Assembly: GCA_014381465.1 (NCBI GenBank)
Contig: JACNLP010000043.1
Span: forward strand, 3,010 to 67,009
From: Flavobacteriales bacterium
Lineage (GTDB): Bacteria; Bacteroidota; Bacteroidia; Flavobacteriales; BACL11
Reading direction: 5' to 3'
Length of the DNA: 64,000 bases
In this document: positions 46,059-55,447 of the stretch, piece after piece
Position numbering within the stretch: the first letter of the stretch is position 1
How the letters are laid out: each line of letters opens with the position of its first letter
Program-made: the position numbers and the translations under genes
The notes under the pieces: model-generated
Databases searched by the model: none
What the model saw: the letters and a program-made list of their open reading frames with translations, nothing else
Told to the model about the DNA's origin: nothing

Positions 46059-47114
46059 CTACCTAAAACTCCAATCGTAAGTATGTAGGTTTTCTACTGA
46101 GTGCCTTAACAAATCAATTGCTCCTCTTACATCCTCTTTGTGTACCATTTCAATTACTTGGTGTATGTGCCTTGTTGGGATAGAAACCGCCCCAGCAATA
46201 CTTCCTCCTGGGTTCATTCTTTGTATTCCTGCGGTATCCGTTCCTCCTGCTGGCAAAATCTCCAATTGTGTTTTTAGCTTTTTCTTTTTTGCTAATTCTT
46301 TCATGTATTTTACCATTCGGTAATCACACACAGTAGCAGAATCCATTACCTTAATGCAAGCCCCTTCACCCAAAGCCGAAACTTGTTCCCTTTTAGTGCT
46401 TCCAGGTGTATCAAAAGCAATGGTGGTGTCTAGTCCAAATCCAAAATCGGGGTTGATATCCAAAGCTGAAACATTCGCTCCTCTAATTCCAATTTCTTCT
46501 TGTACGGTAAATACACCATATACATCATAAGGAGGTTTCTTTTTCATTTCTCGGAACATCTCAATTAAGATAAATACTGAAACTCTATTATCCAATGATT
46601 TACAATTTAGGCAATCTCCCATTTCAATCAATTTTCTTTCTCTTGTTATGGTATCGCCAACCGATATGATTTTATCCAGTTCTTTTTTTTCTCTTCCTGT
46701 ATCAATAAAATAATCTTTTATCGTAGGTACTTTTGCCCTGTCTGCCACGCTCATTAAATGAATTGGCTTACTTCCCATTACGCCTATCACATCTTTCTTT
46801 CCGTGAATTATAACTCTTTGTGCTGTCAGTGTTTTAGGATCAAAACCCCCTAGTGTGTGGAAGAAAACAAAACCCTTATCATCAATATGGGTAACGATAA
46901 AACCAATCTCATCCATGTGAGCGCCAATCATTACTCTTTTGTTTTCTTTTCCTTTTTTTATGGCAACAATATTTCCCATATTGTCCATTTTTATCTCATC
47001 AACAAGAGGTTTTATTTCTCTTAAAACTATTTCTCTTACTCTTTGTTCGTGTCCTGGTGCTCCTGCTACCTCACAAATTTCTGCTAATAATTTTGTATTT
47101 ATTTTTTTTACCAT
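46059..47114 (-). CDS. M42-family aminopeptidase (FrvX/glutamyl aminopeptidase-like)
   Basis: GAHMDEIGF, SLDNRVSV, QEEIGIRGA and GGTDTAG motifs. Confidence 0.85.
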   Translation of the reverse strand: MVKKINTKLLAEICEVAGAPGHEQRVREIVLREIKPLVDEIKMDNMGNIVAIKKGKENKRVMIGAHMDEIGFIVTHIDDKGFVFFHTLGGFDPKTLTAQRVIIHGKKDVIGVMGSKPIHLMSVADRAKVPTIKDYFIDTGREKKELDKIISVGDTITRERKLIEMGDCLNCKSLDNRVSVFILIEMFREMKKKPPYDVYGVFTVQEEIGIRGANVSALDINPDFGFGLDTTIAFDTPGSTKREQVSALGEGACIKVMDSATVCDYRMVKYMKELAKKKKLKTQLEILPAGGTDTAGIQRMNPGGSIAGAVSIPTRHIHQVIEMVHKEDVRGAIDLLRHSVENLHTYDWSFR

Positions 47115-47116
47115 AA

Positions 47117-48529
47117 TTATGCTTTACTTATTTTTAACATGTTGGTCATTCCTTTTTCTTGTGCGGGCATACTTGCAATATTGATAATCAAATCTCCTTT
47201 TTTTATTAGTTTGTTTTTCTTTAAAATTTCTTTGGTTTCTTTAATGGTTTGATCGGTAGTTGCACCTCTATTATAATAAAAACCCTGCACGCCCCACACC
47301 AAACTTAAGGTATTCAAAATAGAGTGGTTGTTGGTAAAAGCATAAATAAAAGCGTGAGGCCTATAGCTTGATGTTTTGATGGTATTAAAACCAGAATAGG
47401 TTATGGTAATAATCGCTTTTGCTCTGGTTTGCTCGGAAATCTGACAAGCTGAAGAACAAATAGCAGAGGATAAAAACCGCTCTTTTTGGGATGAATCTTT
47501 TGTGCCTTCTTGTTTGGAAATATTATGCTCACTACCCTCAACATCTCTTATTATTTTTCGCATAGTATCCACCACTTTTACCGGGTGTTTTCCTATAGAT
47601 GTTTCTCCACTAAGCATCATTGCATCCGCCCCGTCAATCACGGAATTAGCAACATCATTTACTTCTGCTCTTGTGGCTGTGGGGTTATCCGTCATGCTCT
47701 CTAGCATTTGAGTGGCGATTACTACAGGTTTTGCATTTACAAGACATTTGTTTACAATCATTTTTTGATACACAGGCACTTTATGTGGCGGCACTTCAAC
47801 ACCTAAATCTCCTCTAGCAACCATTATCGCATCAGTTGCTTCAATAATTGTATCGATATTTTTTATTGCCTCTGGTTTTTCAATTTTGGCAATTACTTTA
47901 TGGTGCAGATTTCTACTATCTATTATCTTTTTTAAGACTCTTACATCTTTGGCTCTTCTTACAAAAGAGAGTCCTACCCATTCAATTTTTTCTGATAAAA
48001 TAAATTCTAAATCCTCCATATCTTTTTTAGTAAGACATGGTAATGAAATTGCGGTATTTGGTAAATTTACTCCTTTTCTAGATTGTAATAACCCACCAAA
48101 AATAACCTTTAAAACAACTGTATCTTTCTTATTTGTTGAAACCACTTCTAAGACTAATTTTCCATCATCTAAAAGCACTCTGTCTTTTTGGGTAACATCT
48201 TTAGCAAAGTTTTGATAATTGATATAAATGCACTTTTTTTTCTTTTTTGTGCTGAAAATTACTTCTGTTCCTTTTACTAATTTTATTGGTTTATCTAATT
48301 CTCCAACCCTAATTTTTGGTCCTTGCAAATCAGCAAGAATAGCAGTATGAACATGAAGTTCTTGATTTATTTCTTTTATGTTACTGATTATTTCCTTAGC
48401 CCCTTCATGTGATAGATGGGAAAAATTAAGCCGGCAAACATTTACACCCCTACTTATTATTTGCATCAAAACCTTTTTTGATGCTGTTGCAGGACCTATT
48501 GTTGCTATTATTTTAGTTTTTCTTATCAC
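47117..48529 (-). CDS. pyk: Pyruvate kinase
   Basis: KTKIIATIGPAT, RLNFSHLSHE, MVARGDLGVE and MLSGETS motifs. GTG start at 48529. Confidence 0.95.
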   Translation of the reverse strand: MIRKTKIIATIGPATASKKVLMQIISRGVNVCRLNFSHLSHEGAKEIISNIKEINQELHVHTAILADLQGPKIRVGELDKPIKLVKGTEVIFSTKKKKKCIYINYQNFAKDVTQKDRVLLDDGKLVLEVVSTNKKDTVVLKVIFGGLLQSRKGVNLPNTAISLPCLTKKDMEDLEFILSEKIEWVGLSFVRRAKDVRVLKKIIDSRNLHHKVIAKIEKPEAIKNIDTIIEATDAIMVARGDLGVEVPPHKVPVYQKMIVNKCLVNAKPVVIATQMLESMTDNPTATRAEVNDVANSVIDGADAMMLSGETSIGKHPVKVVDTMRKIIRDVEGSEHNISKQEGTKDSSQKERFLSSAICSSACQISEQTRAKAIITITYSGFNTIKTSSYRPHAFIYAFTNNHSILNTLSLVWGVQGFYYNRGATTDQTIKETKEILKKNKLIKKGDLIINIASMPAQEKGMTNMLKISKA

Positions 48530-48938
48530 AAAAAATAAATGGGTTTAATGAGTTTATATTGTCTAAATCAAATTCAAAAGTCAACAAAATTTCAGGAATT
48601 TGTCGCAATTTTCCAATAAAATCTTCTTTTTCTTTTTCCCAAAAATAATTTTGAATCTTTAAAAAGTAATCTATATTCTTATACTTTGGCAGTAAATATC
48701 CTCCTTTGGAATAATTAGAAATCAAATTGTATTCTATTTCTAAATCCTTATTTTCAGATGTAAACCTGCTAAATTCTACATTTTTTGTTTTTTCGGGTTT
48801 GTGGTATTTGTTTTTTACAAAGTTTAGGTTCAATTTTTTGTTAATATCCCAACATAATTTATATCCTTTTGCATGGCTATTAATTGCTAGTATAAAAAAA
48901 TCGACCTCTTCTAAATAATCAAGTGTTAATGGTTTCAT
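48513..48938 (-). CDS. IPExxxVDY-family protein (unknown function)
   Basis: 141 aa. The LPKYKNIDYFLKI segment corresponds to the family motif. It sits between fabF and pyk, as I remember for Flavobacteriia. It overlaps the pyk start by 17 nt. Confidence 0.55.
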   Translation of the reverse strand: MKPLTLDYLEEVDFFILAINSHAKGYKLCWDINKKLNLNFVKNKYHKPEKTKNVEFSRFTSENKDLEIEYNLISNYSKGGYLLPKYKNIDYFLKIQNYFWEKEKEDFIGKLRQIPEILLTFEFDLDNINSLNPFIFCDKKN

Positions 48939-48955
48939 AAAATAGATTTACTAAA

Positions 48956-50218
48956 CTAGAGATCCCTGTTTTCTAGTTTTTTGAAAACAACAGACGCATT
49001 GTGTCCCCCAAAACCAAAAGTATTACTAAGGGCGTAATTTACCGTTCTTTTTTCTGCTTTATTTAAAGTAAGATTTAGCTTATTATCAATTGCTGAATCA
49101 TCTGTTTTATGATTGATTGTGGGTGGAATAACATCATTCTTCACAGCCATAATACAAGCTATTGATTCTATTACCCCTGCCGCACCCAAAAGATGTCCTG
49201 TCATGGATTTAGTAGAACTAATGTTCAAATTATAAGCATGCTCTCCAAATAATGTTTTAATTGCTTTTGTTTCTGCAATATCTCCAAGTGGGGTAGATGT
49301 TCCGTGCACATTAATATAGTCAATGTCGCTCACATTTGCTCTAGCATCTTCAATAGCCAATCTCATTACATTTGATGCTCCCAAACCTTCTGGATGTGGT
49401 GCGGTTATATGATGTGCATCTGCTGTTAAACCTCCTCCAACTACTTCCGCATAAATAATTGCTCCTCTTTTGATGGCATGCTCATATTCTTCAAAAACTA
49501 CTGCTCCAGCTCCTTCTCCCATAACAAATCCATCTCTATCTTTATCAAAAGGGCGAGATGCTGTTTTTGGATCATCATTTCTAGTAGAAAGTGCCATCAT
49601 GGCGTTAAACCCTCCTATACCTGGTTCATATATACAAGCTTCTGAGCCACCAGCAATAAAAATATCTGCTTTATTCCATTTAATATAATTAAAAGCATCA
49701 ATCAATGCATTTGTAGAAGAAGCACAAGCAGAAACAGTTGTAAAATTTGGTCCTCTAAAACCATATTTTATAGAAATATGTCCTGCTGGAATATCAGAAA
49801 TAAGTTTTGGAATAAAAAATGGATTGAATCTGGGTGTTCCGTTTCCAGTTCCAAAATTAACACATTCATTATAAAATGTACTCATTCCTCCTATTCCTGA
49901 ACCCCAAATAACTCCCGCTCTATCTGGGTTTATTGCCTTAATATCAAGTCCCGAATTTTGAATTGCCTCATCAGTAGCAACCATTGCGAATTGGCAGAAC
50001 CTATCTAATTTTCGGGCTTCTTTCCTATCTAAAAAATCGGTTGGATTAAAATCTTTTACTTCACAGGCGAACTGTGTTTTGAAATTAGCCGCATCAAAAA
50101 GAGTAATTGGAGCAGCTCCGCTTTTTCCATTTGTAAGCCCTTCCCAATATTCTTGCAAATTATTACCAATAGGCGTAAGTGCACCTATGCCTGTAACGAC
50201 TACTCGTCTTTCTTGCAT
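48956..50218 (-). CDS. fabF: Beta-ketoacyl-ACP synthase II
   Basis: Active-site Cys in TVSACASS, plus VHGTSTPLGD and GHLLGAAG. Confidence 0.95.
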   Translation of the reverse strand: MQERRVVVTGIGALTPIGNNLQEYWEGLTNGKSGAAPITLFDAANFKTQFACEVKDFNPTDFLDRKEARKLDRFCQFAMVATDEAIQNSGLDIKAINPDRAGVIWGSGIGGMSTFYNECVNFGTGNGTPRFNPFFIPKLISDIPAGHISIKYGFRGPNFTTVSACASSTNALIDAFNYIKWNKADIFIAGGSEACIYEPGIGGFNAMMALSTRNDDPKTASRPFDKDRDGFVMGEGAGAVVFEEYEHAIKRGAIIYAEVVGGGLTADAHHITAPHPEGLGASNVMRLAIEDARANVSDIDYINVHGTSTPLGDIAETKAIKTLFGEHAYNLNISSTKSMTGHLLGAAGVIESIACIMAVKNDVIPPTINHKTDDSAIDNKLNLTLNKAEKRTVNYALSNTFGFGGHNASVVFKKLENRDL

Positions 50219-50235
50219 AAAGTTTATTTGTTTAC

Positions 50236-50469
50236 TTATACCGCTCCTTGAACAAACGATATTGCGTCTCCAACAGTTGCAATAGCTTCCGCTTTATCAT
50301 CTGGAATTTGAATGTCGAATTCTTTTTCAAGCTCCATAATAAGTTCCACTGTATCTAATGAGTCCGCTCCAAGATCATTAGTAAAACTCGCTTCAGTGGT
50401 TACCTCACTTTCATCAACCCCTAATTTGTCAACAATAATTGCTTTTACTTTTGTAGTTACATCTGACAT
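50236..50469 (-). CDS. acpP: Acyl carrier protein
   Basis: 77 aa with [16 protein letters not shown], which holds the phosphopantetheine Ser. Confidence 0.95.
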   Translation of the reverse strand: MSDVTTKVKAIIVDKLGVDESEVTTEASFTNDLGADSLDTVELIMELEKEFDIQIPDDKAEAIATVGDAISFVQGAV

Positions 50470-50586
50470 GTCAAAATATTTTTAATTAATAAGCTGCAAA
50501 GAAAAACATTAATTAAAGAATTTGCAAACTTTATTATTTTCTATTTTAACATCTACTTGTTTATACTATTTTTGACAAAAAAAATA

Positions 50587-51165
50587 ATGCCTAAAAAACT
50601 CGCAATATTTGCTTCTGGAAATGGTTCAAATGCTGAAAATATATGTGGTTATTTTAAGGACTTATCTGATATAGAGGTTGTTCTGATTTGTAGTAATAAA
50701 AAAGATGCTTTTGTGTTAGAAAGGGCTAAAAAACTGAATCTAAATACGCTTGTTTTTTCAAAAAAAGAGCTGTCTGATTTTGTTATTATTGAAAAAAAAC
50801 TCACTGAGTTTAAGGTTAATTTTATTGTTTTAGCTGGATTTTTACTCAAAATTCCTCAAAAAATGATAAAAAAATATCCAAATAAAATAATTAATATCCA
50901 CCCTGCCTTACTGCCGAAATATGGAGGAAAAGGAATGTATGGTAGTAAAGTGCATAAAACAGTATTAGAAAACAAAGAAAAAGAAAGTGGAATTACTATT
51001 CATTATGTAAATAGTAAATATGATGAAGGAGAAATTATTTTTCAAGCAAATTGTGATATCGTAAAAGAAGACACATTAGAAAGTCTTGCAAATAAAATTC
51101 ATAAGTTAGAGTTCCAACATTTTCCAAAAATAATTGAATTAATAATAACCTCTTCTGAAAAATGA
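50587..51165 (+). CDS. purN: Phosphoribosylglycinamide formyltransferase
   Basis: ATG at 50587 (MPKKLAIFASGNGSNAENI) and INIHPALLPKYGG. Confidence 0.9.
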   Translation: MPKKLAIFASGNGSNAENICGYFKDLSDIEVVLICSNKKDAFVLERAKKLNLNTLVFSKKELSDFVIIEKKLTEFKVNFIVLAGFLLKIPQKMIKKYPNKIINIHPALLPKYGGKGMYGSKVHKTVLENKEKESGITIHYVNSKYDEGEIIFQANCDIVKEDTLESLANKIHKLEFQHFPKIIELIITSSEK

Positions 51166-51635
51166 TTACACTTTACACAGATGGTTCGGCAAAAGGAAAC
51201 CCTGGAAATGGAGGGTACGGTTTGGTACTTTTAAGTGGTTCTCTTAGAAAAGAATTTTCTGTTGGATACCAACTTACAACAAATAATCGTATGGAGCTAC
51301 TAAGTGTAATTGTTGGCTTAGAAACTTTAAAAATAGAAAATTCTTCTGTTGTGGTGTACTCTGACTCAAAATATGTGGTAGATGCAGTAGAAAAAAAATG
51401 GGTTTTCGCTTGGGAAAAAAAGAATTTTAACAAAAAGAAAAATCCCGATCTTTGGATTCGATTCTTAAAAGTTTACAGGAAACATTCGGTAAAGTTTATC
51501 TGGATTAAGGGACATGCAAATAATAAAGAAAATGAAAGGTGTGACTTTTTAGCTGTAAAAGCTGCCGAAAGTAAAAATTTAAAAATAGATAGTTGGTACG
51601 AAAATAATGTTGCTAATGACAATAAATTGTTTTAA
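51162..51635 (+). CDS. rnhA: Ribonuclease HI
   Basis: LYTDGSAKGNPGNGGYG, TNNRMEL, YSDSKYV and GHANNKENERCD. The ATG overlaps the purN stop (ATGA). Confidence 0.92.
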   Translation: MITLYTDGSAKGNPGNGGYGLVLLSGSLRKEFSVGYQLTTNNRMELLSVIVGLETLKIENSSVVVYSDSKYVVDAVEKKWVFAWEKKNFNKKKNPDLWIRFLKVYRKHSVKFIWIKGHANNKENERCDFLAVKAAESKNLKIDSWYENNVANDNKLF

Positions 51636-52561
51636 TTCTTTACTAGTGATATATCAAACTGCACTAAATCGACAAATTCTTTTACTCGACTTTCCAAATC
51701 TTCATCTGTAAGTTCCGTTAGTCTCTTTGTTCCAAATTTTTCCACACAAAAAGATGCCATTGCAGAACCATAAATTACTGCCCTTTTCATATTTTCAAAA
51801 GAAACATCTTGCGTTTTTTCAAGATATCCTACAAACCCTCCCGCAAAACAATCCCCTGCCCCTGTTGGATCAAAAACCTCTTCTAGTGGAAGCGCTGGGG
51901 CAAAAAACACTTCTTCTTTATTAAATAAAAGAGCTCCATGTTCTCCTTTTTTAATAATAAGGTATTTCGGTCCCATTGCCAAAATAACTTTTGCTGCTTT
52001 CACTAAGGAATATTCTCCAGAAAGTTGCCTTGCCTCTTCATCATTTATGGTAAGCACATCTACTTCTTTTAGTGCATTCTTTAAGTCATCTAAAAAAAGA
52101 TCCATCCAAAAATTCATGGTGTCTAAAACAACCAGTTTTGGTCTTGTTTTCATTTGGTCTAGCACTTTTTTCTGTATACTAGGCATCAAATTTCCTAACA
52201 TCAAAAATTCAGAGTTTTGGTATTGTTCTGGTACTATTGGGTCAAATTTTTCTAATACATTAAGCTGTGTTTCAATAGTGTCTCTGGTGTTCATATCATT
52301 ATGATATTTGCCAGACCAAAAAAATGTTTTTTCTCCTTTCTTTATTTGTAACCCCTTTATGTTTACCTGTTTATCTTTTAGCATTTGTATAGCATTATTA
52401 GGAAAATCATCCCCAACAACAGACACTAAATTTAGCTTATTTGTAAAAAAAGATGCCGATAAGCAGATGTATGTTGCCGCACCACCAACTATTTTATCTG
52501 TTTTTCCAAAGGGTGTTTCTATAGCGTCAAAAGCCACTGTTCCTACTACTAATATACTCAT
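51632..52561 (-). CDS. PfkB-family carbohydrate or nucleoside kinase
   Basis: C-terminal DPTGAGDCFAGGF motif. 309 aa. Confidence 0.8.
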   Translation of the reverse strand: MSILVVGTVAFDAIETPFGKTDKIVGGAATYICLSASFFTNKLNLVSVVGDDFPNNAIQMLKDKQVNIKGLQIKKGEKTFFWSGKYHNDMNTRDTIETQLNVLEKFDPIVPEQYQNSEFLMLGNLMPSIQKKVLDQMKTRPKLVVLDTMNFWMDLFLDDLKNALKEVDVLTINDEEARQLSGEYSLVKAAKVILAMGPKYLIIKKGEHGALLFNKEEVFFAPALPLEEVFDPTGAGDCFAGGFVGYLEKTQDVSFENMKRAVIYGSAMASFCVEKFGTKRLTELTDEDLESRVKEFVDLVQFDISLVKN

Positions 52562-52575
52562 ATTTGTTTTTCTGG

Positions 52576-52583
52576 CAAATATA
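52576..52583 (-). promoter_or_regulatory. Candidate -7 promoter box (TAnnTTTG)
   Basis: TATATTTG on the minus strand, 14 nt upstream of the ATG at 52561. Confidence 0.35.
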
Positions 52584-52606
52584 TTGTATTATTTAAACCT
52601 TTCTTA

Positions 52607-52614
52607 TATTTTTG
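52607..52614 (+). promoter_or_regulatory. Candidate -7 promoter box (TAnnTTTG) for tRNA-Asn
   Basis: TATTTTTG, 20 nt upstream of the tRNA 5' end. Confidence 0.35.
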
Positions 52615-52634
52615 CAGCCGTTTTGAAAAAACAC

Positions 52635-52708
52635 TCCTCCTTAGCTCAGTTGGTTAGAGCATCTGACTGTTAATCAGAGGGTCCTTGGTTCGAGTCCAAG
52701 AGGGGGAG
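52635..52708 (+). tRNA. tRNA-Asn (GTT)
   Basis: TCCTCCTTAGCTCAGTTGGTTAGAGCATCTGACTGTTAATCAGAGGGTCCTTGGTTCGAGTCCAAGAGGGGGAG. Acceptor TCCTCCT/AGGGGGA, anticodon loop CTGTTAA, discriminator G. Confidence 0.9.
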
Positions 52709-52712
52709 CTAG

Positions 52713-52743
52713 AAAAAGCCAATCGTTTTGATTGGCTTTTTTG
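52713..52743. terminator. Bidirectional rho-independent terminator
   Basis: Stem agccaatc/gattggct with loop gtttt, flanked by A-runs and T-runs. It lies between tRNA-Asn and the convergent CDS ending at 52764. Confidence 0.75.
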
Positions 52744-52763
52744 TTGTAAGGAACTATTATTTT

Positions 52764-53048
52764 CTAATTACCCGTAAAGAGTGTTTCGGTAATTCCAACT
52801 GCAAGCTCTGCCCAAACAAGAAGAAACCCAAGTAGAATAACTACAAAGAAGATAATCTTGTATTTGATTTTGCTTACTTTCCTAATAGTAAGTTCGCACA
52901 AAAGAGCTGTGCTCAACAATAAGATTCCCATAGCTGTAAAATCTAAAATTGTCCAAGAAACTTCATCTGTGAACTGCATTGCAATAAGCGGAATAAGTAA
53001 TAGTGTTAACACTATTGATAAAATGATTTTAACGCTTTTGCTTTTCAT
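52764..53048 (-). CDS. Small integral membrane protein of unknown function
   Basis: About 94 aa from the ATG at 53048 (MKSKSVKIILSIVL) with three hydrophobic helices. Confidence 0.5.
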   Translation of the reverse strand: MKSKSVKIILSIVLTLLLIPLIAMQFTDEVSWTILDFTAMGILLLSTALLCELTIRKVSKIKYKIIFFVVILLGFLLVWAELAVGITETLFTGN

Positions 53049-53122
53049 CTTTTTGAATAAAATTATACGCAATATTATAAAAAAACTACCAAACAATATT
53101 TTACTTCCTGTTGGGTTTGTTC

Positions 53123-54049
53123 TTATTCTTTTATGATTTTGAGAATAGTAGTTTCTGAGGGTGTTTGGATATGAATAAAATAAATTCCCCTGTTTTGATT
53201 TTTAATATTAACAGAAACTGTGTTTGTATTGTTAAACTCATTATTTAAAATTTCTTTTCCAAAAATATTTGTAATCTTAATGTTTGTTTTTTTGAAAACC
53301 GCTTCTGTTTTAATTGTTATTCTCCCTTTTGTTGGGTTGGGATATATGTTAGTTTTACGATTAGAACTGTTCTGCTTAATATTTAAAACTATATTAATAA
53401 AACATTCATTGTAATTAGGGTGACTCCAAGTTTGTAAACCGTTTTGCTCAAAACAGCTTAAATCATTTCCTTCATCCCACGATTCTATTTCTAATGTTTT
53501 TGGATAATACGGGAAAAGTGGCCCGTGTAAACTTCCCACCCCCTCAATCCAAACCTCTTCTACTGCACAACAAAGCGGAAAATCTTCTCTTTCAAAAAAG
53601 ATTCTTTTGTGATATAATCCATTAATTAAAACACTATCAACAGAATCTACTTGTAGATATCTAGGAAGAAAGGTGTTAAAATTATAAAGAATAGAATCTC
53701 CAATGTTAATGTCAAAATTATATAGAGTATCGATTGTGTTAGTCCCTTGTTCGATAAATAGAATATAATTTTGATCGGTTTTTGTTAATCCTAAATTAGT
53801 ATAATTAAGCAAAGGCAGTATTGAATCTTGTGTTGTCCCTATTTTTATCCAGGTTTCGTTATTTATAATTGTGTCGCCAGTATTTCCGTAAAAAGTGGTG
53901 GTAGTCGCTAAAAATGAGGGGTTTTGACTATTTCCATTTGGAAATGATTTAACAACATACCATTTATTGTTTAATTCTGTAAAATTAACTTGCGAGACAG
54001 CAAGTTTAACAAAAAGAAAAAGAAATAAAAAAGTTATTTGTTTTTTCAC
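53123..54049 (-). CDS. Secreted protein of unknown function with a canonical T9SS C-terminal domain
   Basis: Signal-like ITFLFLFLFVKLAVSQ after a probable GTG start at 54049. C-terminus IYPNPTKGRITIKT...GIYFIHIQTPSETTILKIIKE. Confidence 0.65.
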   Translation of the reverse strand: MKKQITFLFLFLFVKLAVSQVNFTELNNKWYVVKSFPNGNSQNPSFLATTTTFYGNTGDTIINNETWIKIGTTQDSILPLLNYTNLGLTKTDQNYILFIEQGTNTIDTLYNFDINIGDSILYNFNTFLPRYLQVDSVDSVLINGLYHKRIFFEREDFPLCCAVEEVWIEGVGSLHGPLFPYYPKTLEIESWDEGNDLSCFEQNGLQTWSHPNYNECFINIVLNIKQNSSNRKTNIYPNPTKGRITIKTEAVFKKTNIKITNIFGKEILNNEFNNTNTVSVNIKNQNRGIYFIHIQTPSETTILKIIKE

Positions 54050-54063
54050 AATTAATGTTTTCT

Positions 54064-54071
54064 CAAAGATA
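54064..54071 (-). promoter_or_regulatory. Candidate -7 promoter box (TAnnTTTG)
   Basis: TATCTTTG on the minus strand, 14 nt upstream of the GTG at 54049. Confidence 0.35.
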
Positions 54072-54115
54072 ATAAAAAAATTTATCCTCCTCTCTTTGGA
54101 TATGGAAAAGAGCAA

Positions 54116-54148
54116 CAAAAAACCCAACTATTTCTAGTCGGGCTTTTT
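54116..54148 (-). terminator. Rho-independent terminator-like hairpin
   Basis: On the minus strand, cccgac / gttggg (one G:U pair) with an 8-nt loop followed by TTTTTT, 22 nt after the stop at 54170. Confidence 0.5.
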
Positions 54149-54169
54149 GCGTATTAACCAAATCTTTTT

Positions 54170-55393
54170 TTATTTCATTACCACAATTTTTTGAGTTTGT
54201 TTACTTTTATCTGTTCGGAACTGGCAAAAGTATGTTCCATTTGATAAATGCTTGGTATTGTAATAAAACTGATGTTGGCCCTTGAGGTTTGTTTCCTCAA
54301 AAATTGTTACAATTTCTTTACCTTGAAATGTATATAGTTTGATACTCACTTTGGTTGCTTGTGGTAAATAATAGGTAAGTTTAGTGTTGTTTTCTGATAT
54401 GTTATTTGTTACTTTAAAGTCTATTTCTGTTTCTGCTTGTTGTGTTTTTATATTCACTCCATCCTGATTTAATACTAATAATGCTTTTTCTGTTCCTATC
54501 CATTTGTTGTCATTTTCATCAATATAAATACTATAGTGGTTCATTTTCTTTTTTGTTGCTTTATACAACTTCCATTCTGTGCCGTCAAAAGAAGAAACTC
54601 CCTTCTGTGTTCCAACCCAAACTCTATCATAATCATCTGTTGCCAATGAGTTAATTGTATTACTTGGTAAATCCGAGTTTTTATCTGTAAAGATTTTCCA
54701 ATTTTCTGTTGATAAGCAAACAAGACCTTTTTTGGTTCCAATCCATTTTATATTGTGTTTATCAACTGCCAAACTCCATATATGATTGTCAGGAAGTGGT
54801 GAATTATTACTATTGTATTCTATAATCTCTTTTTCTTTTATGTAAATAAGCCCACTATTTGTTCCTGCCCAAATATTATTTTCTTTATCAACAGCTAACG
54901 ATATAAAATTATCATCTTTTATATTAGTGTTTTTCTTATTAAAAACTATCCATTCATCTTTATTTTGTTTTACCAAACCTCTTTCTGTTGCCAACCAAAT
55001 ATTCCCCTTTTTATCTTTTACTATTTTTCTTATTTTTTTAGAAAAGATGCTGTTATTTTCTGCATTATAAACCCTCCATTTATCTTCTTTTATTTGCACT
55101 AAGCCTAAAGATGTTCCAATCCAAATACTATTATTTACTTCTAAAATACTTAAAACTTTATCGGATGGAAGTTTGCTATTTTTGGTTGTAAAAGTCTTCC
55201 AATTACTTCCGTCAAACAAGATTAACCCCTCTTGGCTAGCAATCCATTTATTGTTGTTTTTGTCAATAATTACTGCTGTTATTTTATTGTCCGGAAGGTT
55301 GGTACTAGCGCTATTATATACTTTCCAAATGTTGTTTTGCGCAAATGCAGATGTAACTAAAAATGCTATTATTATATTAAAAAGTGTTTTCAT
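54170..55393 (-). CDS. Beta-propeller (two-component-regulator propeller-type repeats) protein with a T9SS C-terminal domain
   Basis: ATG at 55393 (MKTLFNIIIAFLVTSAFAQ). Repeated NKWIASQEGL, IWIGTSLGL, IWLATERGL, IWAGTNSGL, KWIGTKKGL, VWVGTQKGV and KWIGTEKAL units. C-terminus GTYFCQFRTDKSKQTQKIVVMK. Confidence 0.75.
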   Translation of the reverse strand: MKTLFNIIIAFLVTSAFAQNNIWKVYNSASTNLPDNKITAVIIDKNNNKWIASQEGLILFDGSNWKTFTTKNSKLPSDKVLSILEVNNSIWIGTSLGLVQIKEDKWRVYNAENNSIFSKKIRKIVKDKKGNIWLATERGLVKQNKDEWIVFNKKNTNIKDDNFISLAVDKENNIWAGTNSGLIYIKEKEIIEYNSNNSPLPDNHIWSLAVDKHNIKWIGTKKGLVCLSTENWKIFTDKNSDLPSNTINSLATDDYDRVWVGTQKGVSSFDGTEWKLYKATKKKMNHYSIYIDENDNKWIGTEKALLVLNQDGVNIKTQQAETEIDFKVTNNISENNTKLTYYLPQATKVSIKLYTFQGKEIVTIFEETNLKGQHQFYYNTKHLSNGTYFCQFRTDKSKQTQKIVVMK

Positions 55394-55406
55394 TTTTTTA
55401 ATTATG

Positions 55407-55414
55407 TATATTTG
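55407..55414 (+). promoter_or_regulatory. Candidate -7 promoter box (TAnnTTTG)
   Basis: TATATTTG, 33 nt upstream of the ATG at 55448. The TTG at 55412 in the ORF track lies inside the box. Confidence 0.4.
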
Positions 55415-55447
55415 TTTACGAACTGTTTTTGTCATTCGTTACGCTTA

